Shown here in pieces: positions 14,071 to 27,121 of a DNA stretch of 64,000 bases. A program made the translations under genes and the position numbers. This DNA comes from Octopus sinensis. Taxonomy: Eukaryota. The notes under the pieces were generated by a model that searched no databases, was not told the origin of the DNA, and saw nothing but the letters and a program-made list of their open reading frames with translations. Position 1 is the stretch's first letter; every line of letters begins with the position of its first letter. The DNA is taken from contig NC_042999.1 of the NCBI RefSeq assembly GCF_006345805.1, positions 22,878,001 to 22,942,000 of the forward strand, given 5' to 3'.

Positions 14071-14390
14071 CACGACACGCGGTTATGACGATGCATCATT
14101 ATTATTTAGCTGTCTTTATATATTCAGTCACGTATTCCAAGTGAGTAATTGCACCTTGAAAGACTATCCTGCTTTGACTGTTCATTTAAGAATCGATTTA
14201 TGTGTGTGTGTTGTGTGCAAGGAAAATTTTGAAATCATTCTACTTTTACACCTTCATAAAAATTCATGTCACTCTCAGGCGATCTTTCGATAAGATTCAA
14301 ACTCTTTGTCAGCCTCCCGTCCTCTTTTTCTCACCTTCTCTCTCCCTCTTTATCTCTCTCTCTGTCACTGATCTCCTCTCTCCCTCTTTC

Positions 14391-14423
<33 letters not shown>

Positions 14424-14608
14424 GTGTGTGTGTTTGTATGAATGCATGTATGTATGTCTCGTTCTATATATATATATAGAACGATTGTGGAGGCGCGTGG
14501 CTTAGTGGTTAGGGTGTCAATCTCCCGTCCGCTTTTTCGCACCTTCTCCCTTCCTCTTTATCTCTCTCTCTCACTGATCACCTCTCTCTCTCTCTCTCTC
14601 TCTCTTTT

Positions 14609-14643
<35 letters not shown>

Positions 14644-15635
14644 GTGTTTGTAAGTATGCATGTATGTATGTATGAATGTATGTATGTCTCGCTCTATATA
14701 AATATGTATCTATATATATGCAGATTGTGGAGGCGCGTGGCTTAGTGGTTAGGTTGTAAGTTTCGATTCCTGGACCGGGCGATGCGTTGTGTTCTTGAGT
14801 AAAACCCTTCATTTCACGTTGAGAGAGAGAGAGAAAGAGAGAGGACAAAGTGTACGTACGCCGCTATATATATAGAAATATATATATATATACATGCATC
14901 TATCTAACTATGTATCTATCTCTATACCTATGTTTATATGTATGTATTTATGTTAATGCAAGTCATCACAATGGTACATACTATAATTTTTTCAATCCAA
15001 TAATATTACATATAAGTTACACGTCTCTGACTATTTGATATTAAGATGATGTAATTTGCATTATGCAACCAATAATCACCTGAAGTTAGTGAAACTTACG
15101 TAAGCTGCTGTAACTAAATGTCTTGGCGCCATAAAGCTCCTGCTCATTAACAGAGTCTTTCTTTTGTAGACTTGGTAAATGAGAATGTTTCCACTTGCTT
15201 TGCGCATGTGTACAAGGTACGAGAAAAACTTAGAAAGTGATTTATAGATGTTGCTAAAGGACAACGTTTGCAAGTTGGAAAATTCTGGATTATGCTTTAC
15301 AATATTCTACATTGTAGAAACTGTTTTTTTTTTTTAGTTGCTCAACCAGAGATTTTTATTAGGGACTCGAAGATGTATAAGACGAAGGGACGGATTTATT
15401 CTTAAACTGAAGACTTAACCGGAATGAATGCAACAAAGTGGACCTCACTGAAGAAGCCCGGTGCTCAAGTAGAATGGTTATATTAAACCAGGCTGCGGAT
15501 GGATCCTACCATCCAAGAGCAGGAACGATTTCTCCGGCGGGTATCCGTACAGTTTCTTTTTACCAAATTTTAATTTACAAGAATTTGGTCCACTTGGGTC
15601 TATGCTAATAGGAACCTAGTGTCTTCTTCCATACC

Positions 15636-15860
15636 TATTTCTTTACTAAAGGAGCTAAACACAGAGGAGACAAACAAGGACAGACAAACGGATTAAGTCG
15701 ATTATATCGACCCCAGTGCGTAACTGGTATTTAATTTATCGACCCCAAAAGGATGAAAGGCAAAGTCGACCACGGCGGAATTTGAACTCAGAACGTAACG
15801 GCAGACGAAATACGGCTACGAATTTCGCCCGGGGTGCTAACGTTTCTGCCAGCTCATCGT
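15636..15860 (-). mobile_element. SINE-B, type 1
   Basis: Ends AAAGAAATA|GGTATG; no TSD found. Confidence 0.85.
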
Positions 15861-16279
15861 CAGGTACCAAGCGATGAGGACTGTACCCGAATCCATGAAA
15901 TTGCGAAACGAAATCCTTAAATACCCAACCATGCCTTCAGCTTTGAAGAATGAGAAACTGTAGCAGGCTGATGTGGATCCTGATAACAGAATTCACATGA
16001 GCTATAGATATGCAGATGAAAGGCAACGAACTACAGCATATCCAGTTGTTCATTGATCAGATTCCGCTCATGTCATAATAGAACTTTCATAATCCTCTGT
16101 CCGATGCACATTGTAAACAATGCGTTATTATCAATAGATGTTTTGCCGACCTAAAACTAAACTTTATCGTATTACATAAACAAGAAGATTTGTCATTAAC
16201 GAATACCCTATTTTTTTAAAAACTGAAAAAGGAAAAAATACCCATTTGACACTTCCCCAAGATAATTTTTCTAATATAG

Positions 16280-16660
16280 ACACAAAGCCTGAAATTTATA
16301 TCTGTCTGAAGGAGCTAATCGATTACATCGAACTCTGATACTTACTTTTATCAACATAGGAAGGATGAAAGGCAAAGTCGACCTCGGTGAAACTGGAACT
16401 CAGAACGTAAATAGCCTCAAATAATTCCTATTTCTTTTTACTACCCACAAGGGGCTTAACATAGAGGGGACAAACAAGGACAGGCAAACGGATTAAGTCG
16501 ATTATATCAACTCCAGTGCGTAACTGGTACTTATTTAAACGACCTCGAAAGGATGAAAGGCAAAGTCGACCTCGGCGGAATTTGAACTCAGAACGTAGCG
16601 GCAGACGAAATACCGCTAAGCATTTCGTCCGTCGTGCTAACGATACTGCCAGGTCACCGC
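16280..16660 (-). mobile_element. SINE-B dimer (type 1 followed by decayed type 2)
   Basis: Junction at 16428/16429. Confidence 0.8.
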
Positions 16661-16978
16661 ATCGTCTCTTTTTGGTAATAGTAGTTATGCTTTTCTTACT
16701 GTCGTTCTTAATATTGTTGTGGCTGTTGCTGCTGTTAGTGGTGGAGGCGGTGGTGGTGATTTGCCCAAGGGGCTGTCTAAACTGAGCAGACTTACTGCGA
16801 GGCATGTGTTTGTTATTTTAAAAGTTATTTTAAAGTTATCGAACAAAGTTTAATGTGTCGAGTGTCTATTCCTGTTGTTACTGTTGTTGTGGTTTGATCC
16901 CACGTTAATACTGACCAAGCAAACCTATAATACGTCAGGAATGAGTTGTTATTAATACATATATGAATATACACACGC

Positions 16979-17077
<99 letters not shown>

Positions 17078-17344
17078 CATATATATGTATTATATACATA
17101 ATTATTCTAAATCACTCAGAGAGAGATATTCAGTAACAGTTCTTCAAAGTAGAGACTATTTGTCAACATAATGTGGGTGTCCTGGAAGGGATGATTGCTA
17201 CTGTTGTTTAGCCCCAGGAAACATCGTTTCCAGCTGGCTATACAACACAATATCTGTGTCCTTATATTATAAAATTGAATAATGCGCCCACTCTTTTTCT
17301 ATGACAGTAAGGTGTGATTTAATGGAGCTTTGCCTGCTATTTCT

Positions 17345-17398
17345 TGCCTTGTGAGTGAATTTGGTAGACAAAACCAAAAGAAGCCCGTCGTATAAATG

Positions 17399-17443
<45 letters not shown>

Positions 17444-17652
17444 ATCTATATGTTTGTGTGTCTGTGTTCGTCGCCCCAACATCGTTTGACAACCGATGCT
17501 GGTGTGTTTACGTCCCCGGAACTTAGCAGTTCGGCAAAAGAGACGGATAGAATAAATACTAGACTTACAAAGAATAAGTCCTGGGGTCGATTTGCTCGAC
17601 TAAAGGCGGTGCTCCAGCATGGCCACAGTCAAATGACTGAAACAAGTAAAAA
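17345..17652 (+). mobile_element. SINE-A, 5'-truncated
   Basis: GCCTTGTGAGTGAATTTGGTAGAC, microsatellite and 3' half. Confidence 0.8.
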
Positions 17653-18139
17653 AATGCGTGTGTAAATGTGTGTGTGTGTGTGTGTGTGTGTGTGGTAAAA
17701 AATTACTGTTGACAAAGGCAGCGTGGCGTTCAATTATTAAATGAAAAAGGTTTCTGCTACACTCTCAGCAGTGACTTCTGTTTATGCCTTTCATTCTTCT
17801 CTATTTTCCTTAAATTCTAATCAGCTCAATTAGAGGAAAGTAAAGCTCAAATGACATTTCAAAGACAAAGTATGAAGGGTGATGTGTCAACAATCTCAAG
17901 CGACCTCGTAACTAGCAAACACATAACTAATACAAGGCAGGAGGAGATCTTGAAGGGGAAATGGTAGGATCTTCATATACGTACACAAACACCAATATAC
18001 AGATCACTAGATTGTTGACAATAAAAGTGTCATCACTGACAAGGTTTTAGCTTATATCTGTGTTCACTACTATTGTTTCTTCTCTTAGTGGCGGCAGCCA
18101 AGGGATTTTCCCACTGGTCATTGTATAAAACCTTCGTTG

Positions 18140-18390
18140 TTTGTTGTTTCTCGAGTCATGCTTGGCTCATAAGGGCCGGTTTCCCGGTTTCCTTGGCGTA
18201 TAGGTTCCCCACCTGGACGGGACGCAAGATGCAGGAGGAAAAAGTGAGAGAAAGTTGTAGCAAAAGAGTCAGCAGAAGTTCGCCATTACCTTCTGCCGGA
18301 GCCGCGTGGAGATTATGCGTTTCACTCATAAATACACACATCGCCCGGTCTGAGATTCGAACTCGCGATCCCTCGACCGTGAGTCCGCGC
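18140..18390 (-). mobile_element. SINE family C, V-core-like variant
   Basis: Homologous to 37245-37520. Confidence 0.75.
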
Positions 18391-19937
18391 TTGAATTTAT
18401 GAGGAAGTGTTCTTATCTGCTGGAAATTTTACCCCACAGGCGTCCTTTCAAGCTGCATAAACAATATCACCAAGTGTGGCTGGTTTGTGTTCCAGGGTGC
18501 TCCTTCCTATCAGCTGATTCATTTTTTCAACTATCACATGTGCTGGTCTCTGTCATTCCTCTTTTGTATTTGCTGGTGGCAAGTTGAGATTCTAGAGTTT
18601 GGCATCAAGGGTCTGTGCATATCTCCTGCTTGGTTAAGATTGAAGGCACCTTCAGATTGAAGGTATCTTAAGAGTTGTAGCCATTTCAGTCCAAGACACC
18701 ACTTGACTGTTCTCAAGAAGTAGCACTCACAACAAAAGCAACAACAGGCGTAGAAAACTTTTCTGGAGGATAACCAGGGCGAAATATTTTCTGTGTCGGA
18801 TCGCATTTCATATGTGTTGCATTTTGCTTTAATTCTGCAGGATTATGATATACAACCTGTTATTGGCGTTAAACCTCGACCTAACCCATCTTTCTGTATG
18901 TATCATCAAAGCCTATTTTTAGTTGAGACAAACAAAGGAAGAGAGAGAGGGGGGGGAACAGAGGGGGACAGAGAAGTCAGAGGGGACAGAGAGAGAACAG
19001 ACGGAGAGAGAGAAAGGGAGAGAGGGAGAGAGATAGGGAGAGGGAGAGAGAGAGGGAGAGAGAGGAGGAGGGAGAGAGAGAGAGAGAGAGATGGACAAAT
19101 AGACATATTGGCAGATGGGCAGATGGGCAGATGGGCCGATGGGCAGAAGGACAATTGAGTTTCGAAGTGAACTGGTTTTTAATTTATCGACTTCGAAGGG
19201 ATGAAATGCAAAGTAGATTGAAGGAAAGTCAAATGATTATTATAGGGCATCCATTCTGCATGCCAGTATTCATTATATATTCAAATATTCCTTATGCAGG
19301 GATTAAATAGGTTTTTCAAGTCACGATAAACTCTGCATCATGGTTTTATGGATGCAGAATTAATCACGCTGATAATATCGATAGCTATTTGTTAAGTTAC
19401 GACAAATCAGTGTTCTGAAGAATAATTTGATAAATATTACAGACTTTATATGCAAACTTATTAATATATACATACATAAATTGAAAGGTATAATGAAACA
19501 ACGCGCCGGTCGGTGAAAACAACTTTAAATCATTCCCAAGTTATCAAAAATTGAGCATGAATATATATTAGAACAACAGGCATCCAATGGTAAAACCAAC
19601 AGTATAAAATATACACAAATACACGAATAAAATATGATAAAACCTAAAAGGCTAATACGAGTGAAGTCGAATGAAGAAAAATATATGGATTAAATTAATG
19701 CATGATAAAAGTGACTAAAAATTTAAGGCAATGGAGCTAAAATAATATAAATACAAGAATATAAATGTAAAAAATAAGGTGTAAGGTAACCTGAACAGAG
19801 TCCATTCAAGCCCGTGTCTACGATCGTTTCAAAGGATGCTGTTTCACATCGTTAATGTACAATCCGTTGAGGAAATCCAAAGGCAACACCGTTTCATCAG
19901 GAGAAAAATTACACGCACACACACACACACACATACA

Positions 19938-19983
<46 letters not shown>

Positions 19984-20364
19984 CACACACACACATTCAC
20001 ATGCAACTTCAGTAATACTTCAGATTGTCCTTTGCCGTCTTTATTGCGTCAGTAACTCCATGTTCAGTCAGAGCTTCGCAAAATGAACACCTCACAAAAT
20101 CATTGCAGCTGACTTCATTTGACTCGCAGAACATCCGCTAGCCTTGGTTGCCCGTACTCTTCTCTCAGCTCCTTGTATGTAGCAATCTTTCTCCCTTGGG
20201 TCCCTTGTATGTGTTCTTCATAGGACACAGCTCTTACAGGATCACCTATTTAAAAGAATCTGAGAAGACAACTGTGTTTGATCGGCGGGTTGTTGATAAT
20301 ATTATAATCCAGGAACTATTATTGTTTGGCGAGTTCTATTTCCAGCCGTTAGTTTAAGACATCG

Positions 20365-20660
20365 TGCTCAGTGTTCAGAGAATTCGGCTCACGATCGAAA
20401 GATCATGAGTTCGAATCCTGGCGGCGTGTTGTATCCTAAAGCAAGACATTTTATTTCACGTTGCTCCAGTTCACTCAACTGGCAAAAAATAGTTGTCCTT
20501 GTAATTCAAAATGGCCAGTCTTGTAACATTCTGTGTCACGCTGAATCTCCTTGAGAACTACGTTAAGGGTACACGTATCTGTGGAGTTCCCATCCACTTC
20601 CACGTTAATTTCATGAGTAGGCTGTTCTGTTGATCGGATCAACAAGACTATTCGTCGTCG
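20365..20660 (+). mobile_element. tRNA-headed SINE family D (relatives at ~50-170 -, 14725-14822 +, 33015-33235 -)
   Basis: GAGTTCGAATCC B-box, then GTGTTGT.TCCT..AGCAA.ACA.TT.ATTTCACGTTGCTCCAGT.CACTCA.CTGGCAAAAA. Confidence 0.7.
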
Positions 20661-21044
20661 TAAGCGACGGAGTGCCACGATGTAGTTTGAGATCTTGGAA
20701 AGTAGGCAGAGACGCTGACACTTTCTTCTCAACATTAAGAAAAGCGATTGCTTCCTTACTGGAGTAGTTTTTTTTACTGAACTCAATACCACCGACACAA
20801 ACACCTTGGAATTTTAAAGAGGAAATAATGCTGTGATTCTTAGATGTTTCTGCTGAGTATAAACGTCTGTGCTAGCTTCTGTAACCAATTAATTTTCGAT
20901 ACTGAATGCTGTGTTGACTAAAGTCACTAACAGATGATAAACGGACATTCTTTAGAAGATTGTGCCTCTCTATCTCAAATAGTATCGAATTTGTTTTCGT
21001 AGATTCAAAGTTTAAGCGTAAGAGAAATATATGTGATTATATAG

Positions 21045-21273
21045 GCGCAGGGATGGCTGTGTGGTAAGAAACTTGCTTCCCATCCACGTAGTTCCAGGTT
21101 CAGTACCACTACGTAGCACCTTGTGTGTCTTCTACGATACTTTCAAGCCTTGTGTATGTGTGGATTAGGTGGACGGAAACTGAAAAAAGCCTGTCGTATG
21201 TATACATACATTTATATACACAATGTGTATTTTTTTTTTTTTCTATTTACTTATAATCGAACGCCACACACAG

Positions 21274-21310
<37 letters not shown>

Positions 21311-21570
21311 GCACGCACACACACATGCGTGTGTGTGTGTGCCTTTGTAGCAGTGTTTGCCCCCCCCCCCCCGCTTGACAACCAGTGTTGGTTGTTTATG
21401 CTGCCGTGTAACTCAGCGGTTCGGCAAAGAGACCGATAGAATAGATTTAGGGGTTGAAATCAAAAGAAAATAAAAAATAAGTACTGGGGTTGATTTGATC
21501 GACCAAAAATTATTGAAAACGGTGCCCCAGCATGGCCGTACCCTAATGACTTGAACAAGTAAATGATAAA
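21045..21570 (+). mobile_element. SINE-A, diverged
   Basis: GGCGCAGGGATGGCTGTGTGGTAAG head and degenerate 3' half. Confidence 0.75.
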
Positions 21571-21894
21571 GATATGACGTTCAAAACGTATTCAGAGCGT
21601 CGGCATGTGTGTACATGTGTGTATGTGTATGTGTGTATATGTGTATGTGTATTCTTTTATTCTTTTATTTGTTTCAGTCATTTACTGCGGCCATGCTGGA
21701 GCACCGTCTGTAGTCGAACAAATCGACCCCATGACTTATTCTGTGTAAGCCTAATACTCGGTTTCTTTTGCCGAACCGCTATGTTACGGGGGGAGTAAAC
21801 ACACCAACATTGGTAGTCAAGCGATGGTGGGGGGATAAACACAGACACACAAACATATATATATATATATATCTATATATATATATATATATAG

Positions 21895-22097
21895 TTAATC
21901 CCAACAAGAAAGCACAAAAAAACACACACAACGCGAGGACGTGGAACAAATATAGTATTATTGGACGCTCAGGAAAGAAGGAAAGAAGGAGGGTTTAACG
22001 TTTCGAGCGGAGCTCTTCGTCGGTAACATAGGAGAAGGAAAGATCCAGAGAAGGGAAGACAGAGGAAAAACAATCGCCAACAGTACACACGAGGTCA
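21895..22097 (-). mobile_element. Short (TA)n-flanked non-autonomous element carrying a hammerhead-like motif (Penelope-like derived?)
   Basis: Homologous to 29520-29720 across ~180 bp; lies between the two halves of a composite SINE. Confidence 0.6.
21993..22028 (-). ncRNA. Degenerate minimal hammerhead motif (family 2)
   Basis: Minus strand TGTTA-CCGACGA-A-GAGC-TCC-GCTC-GAAAC-GT-T-AAAC; core has a U4>C change. Confidence 0.45.
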
Positions 22098-22880
22098 CGG
22101 GCTTCTTTCAGTCTCCATCTACTAAATCCACTCACAAGGCTTTGCTCGATCCGAGGCTATAGTACAAGACACTTGCCCAAGGTGCCACGCAGTGGGACTG
22201 AACCCGGAACCACGTGGTTGAGACGCAAGCTACTTACCACACAGTCACTCCTGCGCCTATGTATATATCGTGTATTGTATATGTATATATATATTATGTG
22301 TGTATATATGTATATGTGTGTATTGTGCAGCCGCCGAGTTTGAATGGTTCTACCTGACTACTTGACTCGCTTATATTTTATCGACTCAGAAAGTATGAAT
22401 TGTAAAGCATATAGTGGCAGGATTTGAAATCAGAATTAAATACATTAATCAGTAATGCCATTGTTGTCTAGGCTGCATTCTTCATTCAATGTCCTTAGCT
22501 TGGGATTCGTAGATATATTGTAGCATTCAGCTATCTATTCCGACACTCTGCCATTTCTGCGACGAATGAGAATAAAAGTATTATGAATCGCCACAAGTCT
22601 TAGAAAATGGCCATGCAAAGATACTATGAAAGTTAGCATATAACACAAAAATGTTATATACTAGTATAACAATTATATTGTTACACTAGTATATATAATT
22701 GGCTCTCTGGTCGATATAAACTTTGCCTTTCGGCTTTACATGATCAATAAAATAAACATCAGTTGGGTATTGAGGTTCAGAAAATCGACTGAAGCGCACC
22801 ATAACAATTTGTGACTTTCTATTCCTGTAAGAAATCAATAATGTTCATCTTCGAATACTGGTTTTAAAAGGCTTACGACA

Positions 22881-22961
22881 AATAGTGGTTAAGAGCGCGG
22901 GCTACTAACCCCGAGATCCCGAGTTCGATTCCAAGCAGTAGCCTGAACAATAACAACAATG

Positions 22962-23034
<73 letters not shown>

Positions 23035-23180
23035 CTTAGGAATGAGAACTCAGGTTCGAAATTTTCCCCAAGACATCTGAAGAAGGCTAGAGGGTATATC
23101 AGCCGAAACGTTGTGTTAACAAGATGAGGGCAAATATCCGTCGAATATAAATAATATAAATAATTCCTCATCTCTTAAAT
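22881..23180 (+). mobile_element. tRNA-headed SINE-like element with (AAT)n spacer and hammerhead-ribozyme-like 3' domain
   Basis: A-box-like TAGTGGTTAAG at ~22883, anticodon-like arm with CTACTAA loop, B-box GAGTTCGATTCC 22921-22932, (AAT)n ~22948-23032, hammerhead core 23072-23117. Confidence 0.65.
23072..23117 (+). ncRNA. Minimal type I hammerhead ribozyme candidate
   Basis: GACAT-CTGAAGA-A-GGCT..AGCC-GAAAC-GT-T-GTGTT: intact CUGANGA and GAAA boxes, 4-bp stem II, 5-bp stem I (two G-U pairs), palindromic AACGTT in place of stem III. Confidence 0.65.
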
Positions 23181-23184
23181 ATAG

Positions 23185-23817
23185 GCCCTGATGCTGTACC
23201 AATGCCATGATGCAGTATAAATGCCCTGATGCAGTACCAATGCCCTGATGCAGTACCATAAATGCCCTGATGCAGTACCAGACAGTGGCTCTCGTGGCTT
23301 CTCATTTTAACTGATTGGAAGTGTTATTATGTACATTGTTTTGTCTTGGTATAAAAGATCGGCCACAGCAAATATTCTGCTCAATACCACAGATTTGGTT
23401 GTCAGTTGTTTGACCTTAACCAGTTGAGCATGTCCCTTAGTGGCTGACGATATGTGCATCTCCGATCACAAGCAGAAGTAGTGGGGGTGCTTCATAGGCA
23501 TGTGATGAGAGGGATTCTTTGGGGTTTGAATAATTCACCTCTGGAAACATGGGTGTCTCGTTCAACATCTTTAAACAACCCTTATTAAGGGACCTTTTGA
23601 GCGGGATGGGTTGCTCGACCAGAAGAAAATTCTAACTGAGCCCCACCTGCAAGGTCATGTGCTGTTTATTTTGATATGAGATCACCATGTCGCGCACGTG
23701 TGGTTGTGATGCATGTGCCTGGTGTACCCTTATCAGACGGGTAGTAATGATGAGTATACTGGGCTTCGTATATTTTACCCCAATGTCACTTTGATGGCAT
23801 GCACTGCTCTCTCACTC

Positions 23818-23874
<57 letters not shown>

Positions 23875-23875
23875 C
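23185..23875 (+). mobile_element. ~650-bp non-coding retroposon-like repeat with a 19-bp tandem 5' end and (AAT)n tail
   Basis: Five GCCCTGATGCAGTACCA-type units, body homologous to 62510-63065 (-) and 54553-54730 (-), ends CTCTCTCACTCAAT(AAT)n. Confidence 0.75.
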
Positions 23876-24671
23876 TTAGAAAAGCTAAAGTAATATGTGA
23901 AGAATCACTAAAGATAAGCCAACCCAAATAAGGGTTTCTATTTAAATATTTGACGTTAATTTTGTAATGACTTATTCAAAACAGAAAAAGCAAGACTCAT
24001 AACAATTTTTGCAATTCTTCATAAGCTGAAGGAAGTAAATTACCATTGACCAAGAAGACCCAATGTCGAAAGCGTCTAACAAAATCCTCTCAGCGAAGGG
24101 CTCTCGAGGGCCATGTAGTGCTGCTGAGCAGGGCAACAAGTTAAGTCAATACCCTGATATTCAGTTTATTGTCCATTTCTCAAACCAGCACTCACGCGCT
24201 CAATGAACAGTTTATTCTATAATTTGAATGCATCTCTTGATAGTTTATCGCTTAATATTATGATATGTCTGGCACCATTTATAAAAGATTAACGAGAAGT
24301 GATTAACAAATATTGCCTCTTTATGGCTAGTTAAACACGTTATATGTATACGCTCGTATATTCGGAATTTCGTACATAAAATCACTCGGTTACGAACACA
24401 AATATAAGTCTATGTAACACATTCACGGCCATATAAATAACTAGTCATTTGCACACACAGACAAAACACAGTGACAGATACGTGTTAGTGAGTAGTAGTA
24501 GTGGTGGTGATGGTGGTGGTGGGGTCGGTGGAGATAGTGGAAATATTAGATTGGTAGGTATATTGATGTTTAAATATTTCTTATGTTTATTATTTCCATT
24601 GCGGAAAATAGAAAGATCAAAACAATTAGTCTCATATTTACATATTGGTGTGTGTGTGTGTGTCTGTGTCT

Positions 24672-24703
<32 letters not shown>

Positions 24704-25869
24704 CTGTGTGTGTGTGTGTGTGTGTTTGAGGGGAAGGGGAGAGAGAGGAAGACATTTATGAATCTGCTCGTGCTTTGGTCTTCATACGTGCCTGTATCTG
24801 TGTATTCACTTCATTACTTTAATTAAATACTAATTTTATGGTATTTAACCACATACGAAGACTTCCTTTTATATAACTACGTTTCATAATTAACGTACAT
24901 ACACAGTTGACAGGCCAGTTACTGCGGTAATCAACCTAACATAACATAACATCTCTCATGGACGTGCTGCGTTAAAAACGCAATAAATATCGGAGGGAGA
25001 CGAATATGCTTTTAAATCACCACGTCTATAAAAAGTTATCTCAGGATGAATACCGCAGCCACAGGCCTATCAGTTGTGTATATACATTAACTGTGGTACA
25101 TAGATAGGTATTTCAGTTTAATACTATCTCAACTGCGTATAGCTGGTTTCCTTTTAGATATTCTATTTTATCTGTAACGTTTCCCAATCTTTTTGCTCTT
25201 AGGAGACCCTTAAAATAAATTCCATATCACAAGAAATCTCGAAATAAAGATTATTGTATATATCTTGAATTAATAATTTTTCTTTCTCTTTCATAAAATT
25301 TTATTTCATAATGGATTAAACAAATCAAAAATCTATAGTGGACTGAAGCAGCGCAAAAGGAAGTGCTTTGCTCAAGAAAATAACGTATGTATGTATGTAT
25401 GTATGTATGTATGTATGTATGTATGTATGTATGTATGTATGTATGTATGTATGTATGTATGTTCGTATGTATGTATGTGTATGTATCTGTATTTGTCCTC
25501 CTCCATCACGTAACAACCGGCATTAGTCAGTTTACGTCACCGCAAATGTGGGTGATTTGTGCCATTAAAAATTTCAGGTCGGTGCCGCTGCTTGGACACA
25601 GTCAATGGCTAAAAGTAGTTAAAAGTAAGACCAAATTCCCCTACAATTCCCTTTTCAGAGACTATTTTCTCGTAGGGGCTTTTTACTAGCTTAGGTGTCG
25701 GGATGTCTCTACTATAGGGAGCACACTGTGCGTGCATAATATTATGTACATAGAATTATACTTAAAATGCATTTGCATTTAATTAGCTCTGTATATGTGG
25801 TAAGGGTTATGTGAGATTGAACACTACGGTTCCAGAGAACCGCAGTTATGAGCATTAGTCTATAATATT

Positions 25870-26540
25870 GTTTATAATCATTCAAGTTACCTTTTCCCCT
25901 GGATGTAATTCAATTACTGAAGCAAATCCTGTAACAGATTGGAAAAAATGTTTAAAAAAACTAGAAACGAAAAAAGAAATCATCACATAAATACCACAAA
26001 ATCTTCAATAGAAATATAGTTAAAGTTAGTTATAGCTGCCTACTCCACATAGGATCGATGATTTTCAATCACTATAAGAATAACAGCATTAGGAATTTCC
26101 CCTCTAACCCCCAAAAGATCCTGTAATTGTAGATCCAAAGATAACTGTTCCTTGAACAATAGGTACCTGAAAAATGAATTAGCATCACTGACTTAAATGG
26201 AAGAACAAAATCTTAGGTTGGAATGACGGGAAACACCTTCAAAAAGAGATATACGCAGCATTTGGCTTCGATCAAAGACAAAAACAAAAGACACATAACA
26301 TATTTATACAATACGGTATAGAAACTTAAAGAGAGGAACGTGAACAACCCCCATATAAACTGGAGAATCATAGTTAAGGCCAGCAAACATAGAGGATCGA
26401 GCAGTAAACGCGACCTCTGTATCACGGACAAATTAAATATTATAAGATCAACAATGAAAGTTTTAAATATTAGGGAGGAAACCTTCTTTCCTTACATGTA
26501 CAAGAAACAGTCCAAACTTCGAAATTTCAAGCATGACTTC
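25870..26540 (+). pseudogene. Penelope-like retroelement C-terminal remnant (Cys linker plus GIY-YIG endonuclease)
   Basis: Translates, with stops and frameshifts, to KYHKIFNRNIVKVSYSCL.., RSCNCRSKDNCSLNNRYL.., *VGMTGNTFKKRYTQHLAS..*KLKE..INWRII..KRDLCITDKL..LNIREE, matching the PLE linker and GIY-YIG pattern. Confidence 0.85.
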
Positions 26541-26687
26541 CTCCACCCACTCTACCACCTCTGTCATTGGTTTCCTTTTTAACCCACAAATAAAGAATAT
26601 TTATCAACCGATGCGGTGTTGAGCACTCGTTATCACTGTTCTATATCATACACACACACCACACACACACACACATATGTACATATA

Positions 26688-27047
26688 GGCGCAGGAGCGG
26701 CTCTGTGGTAAGTAGCTTGCTTACTAACCACATGGTTCCGGGTTCAGTCCCACTGCGTGGCACTTTGGGCAAGTGTCTTCTACTATAGCCTTGGGCCGAC
26801 AAAAGCCTTGTGAGTGGATTTGATAGACGGAAACTGAAAGAAGCCCGTTTGTATGTCTGTGTTTGTCCCCCCAAAATAGCTTGACAACCGGTGCTGGTGT
26901 GTTTACGTCCCCGTGACTTAGCGGTTCGGCAAAAGAGACCGATAGAATAAGTACTAGGCTTCCAAAGAATAATTCCTGGGGTCGATTTGCTCGACTAAAG
27001 GCGGTGCTCCAGCATGGCCGCAGTCAAAATGACTGAAACAAGTAAGA
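26688..27047 (+). mobile_element. SINE-A, full length, almost without internal microsatellite
   Basis: Halves joined as GAAGCCCGTTTGTATGTCTGTGTTTGTCCCCC. Confidence 0.9.
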
Positions 27048-27080
27048 GTATACACATGATATATATATGTGTGTGTATGC

Positions 27081-27121
<41 letters not shown>

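Larger units (their letters stand above)
21655..22260 (-). mobile_element. SINE-A interrupted in its microsatellite by the hammerhead-bearing element
   Basis: 3' half at 21655-21850, 5' half at 22098-22260. Confidence 0.8.

Noticed and set aside
22881-22945. Possible genuine tRNA gene (and other tRNA-like heads)
   Set aside because: No complete acceptor stem and an imperfect anticodon stem; all continue into repeat bodies, so they are SINE heads.
25027-25110. TATAAAA plus TCAGTT as a core promoter
   Set aside because: Spacing of ~45 nt is wrong and there is no other support.
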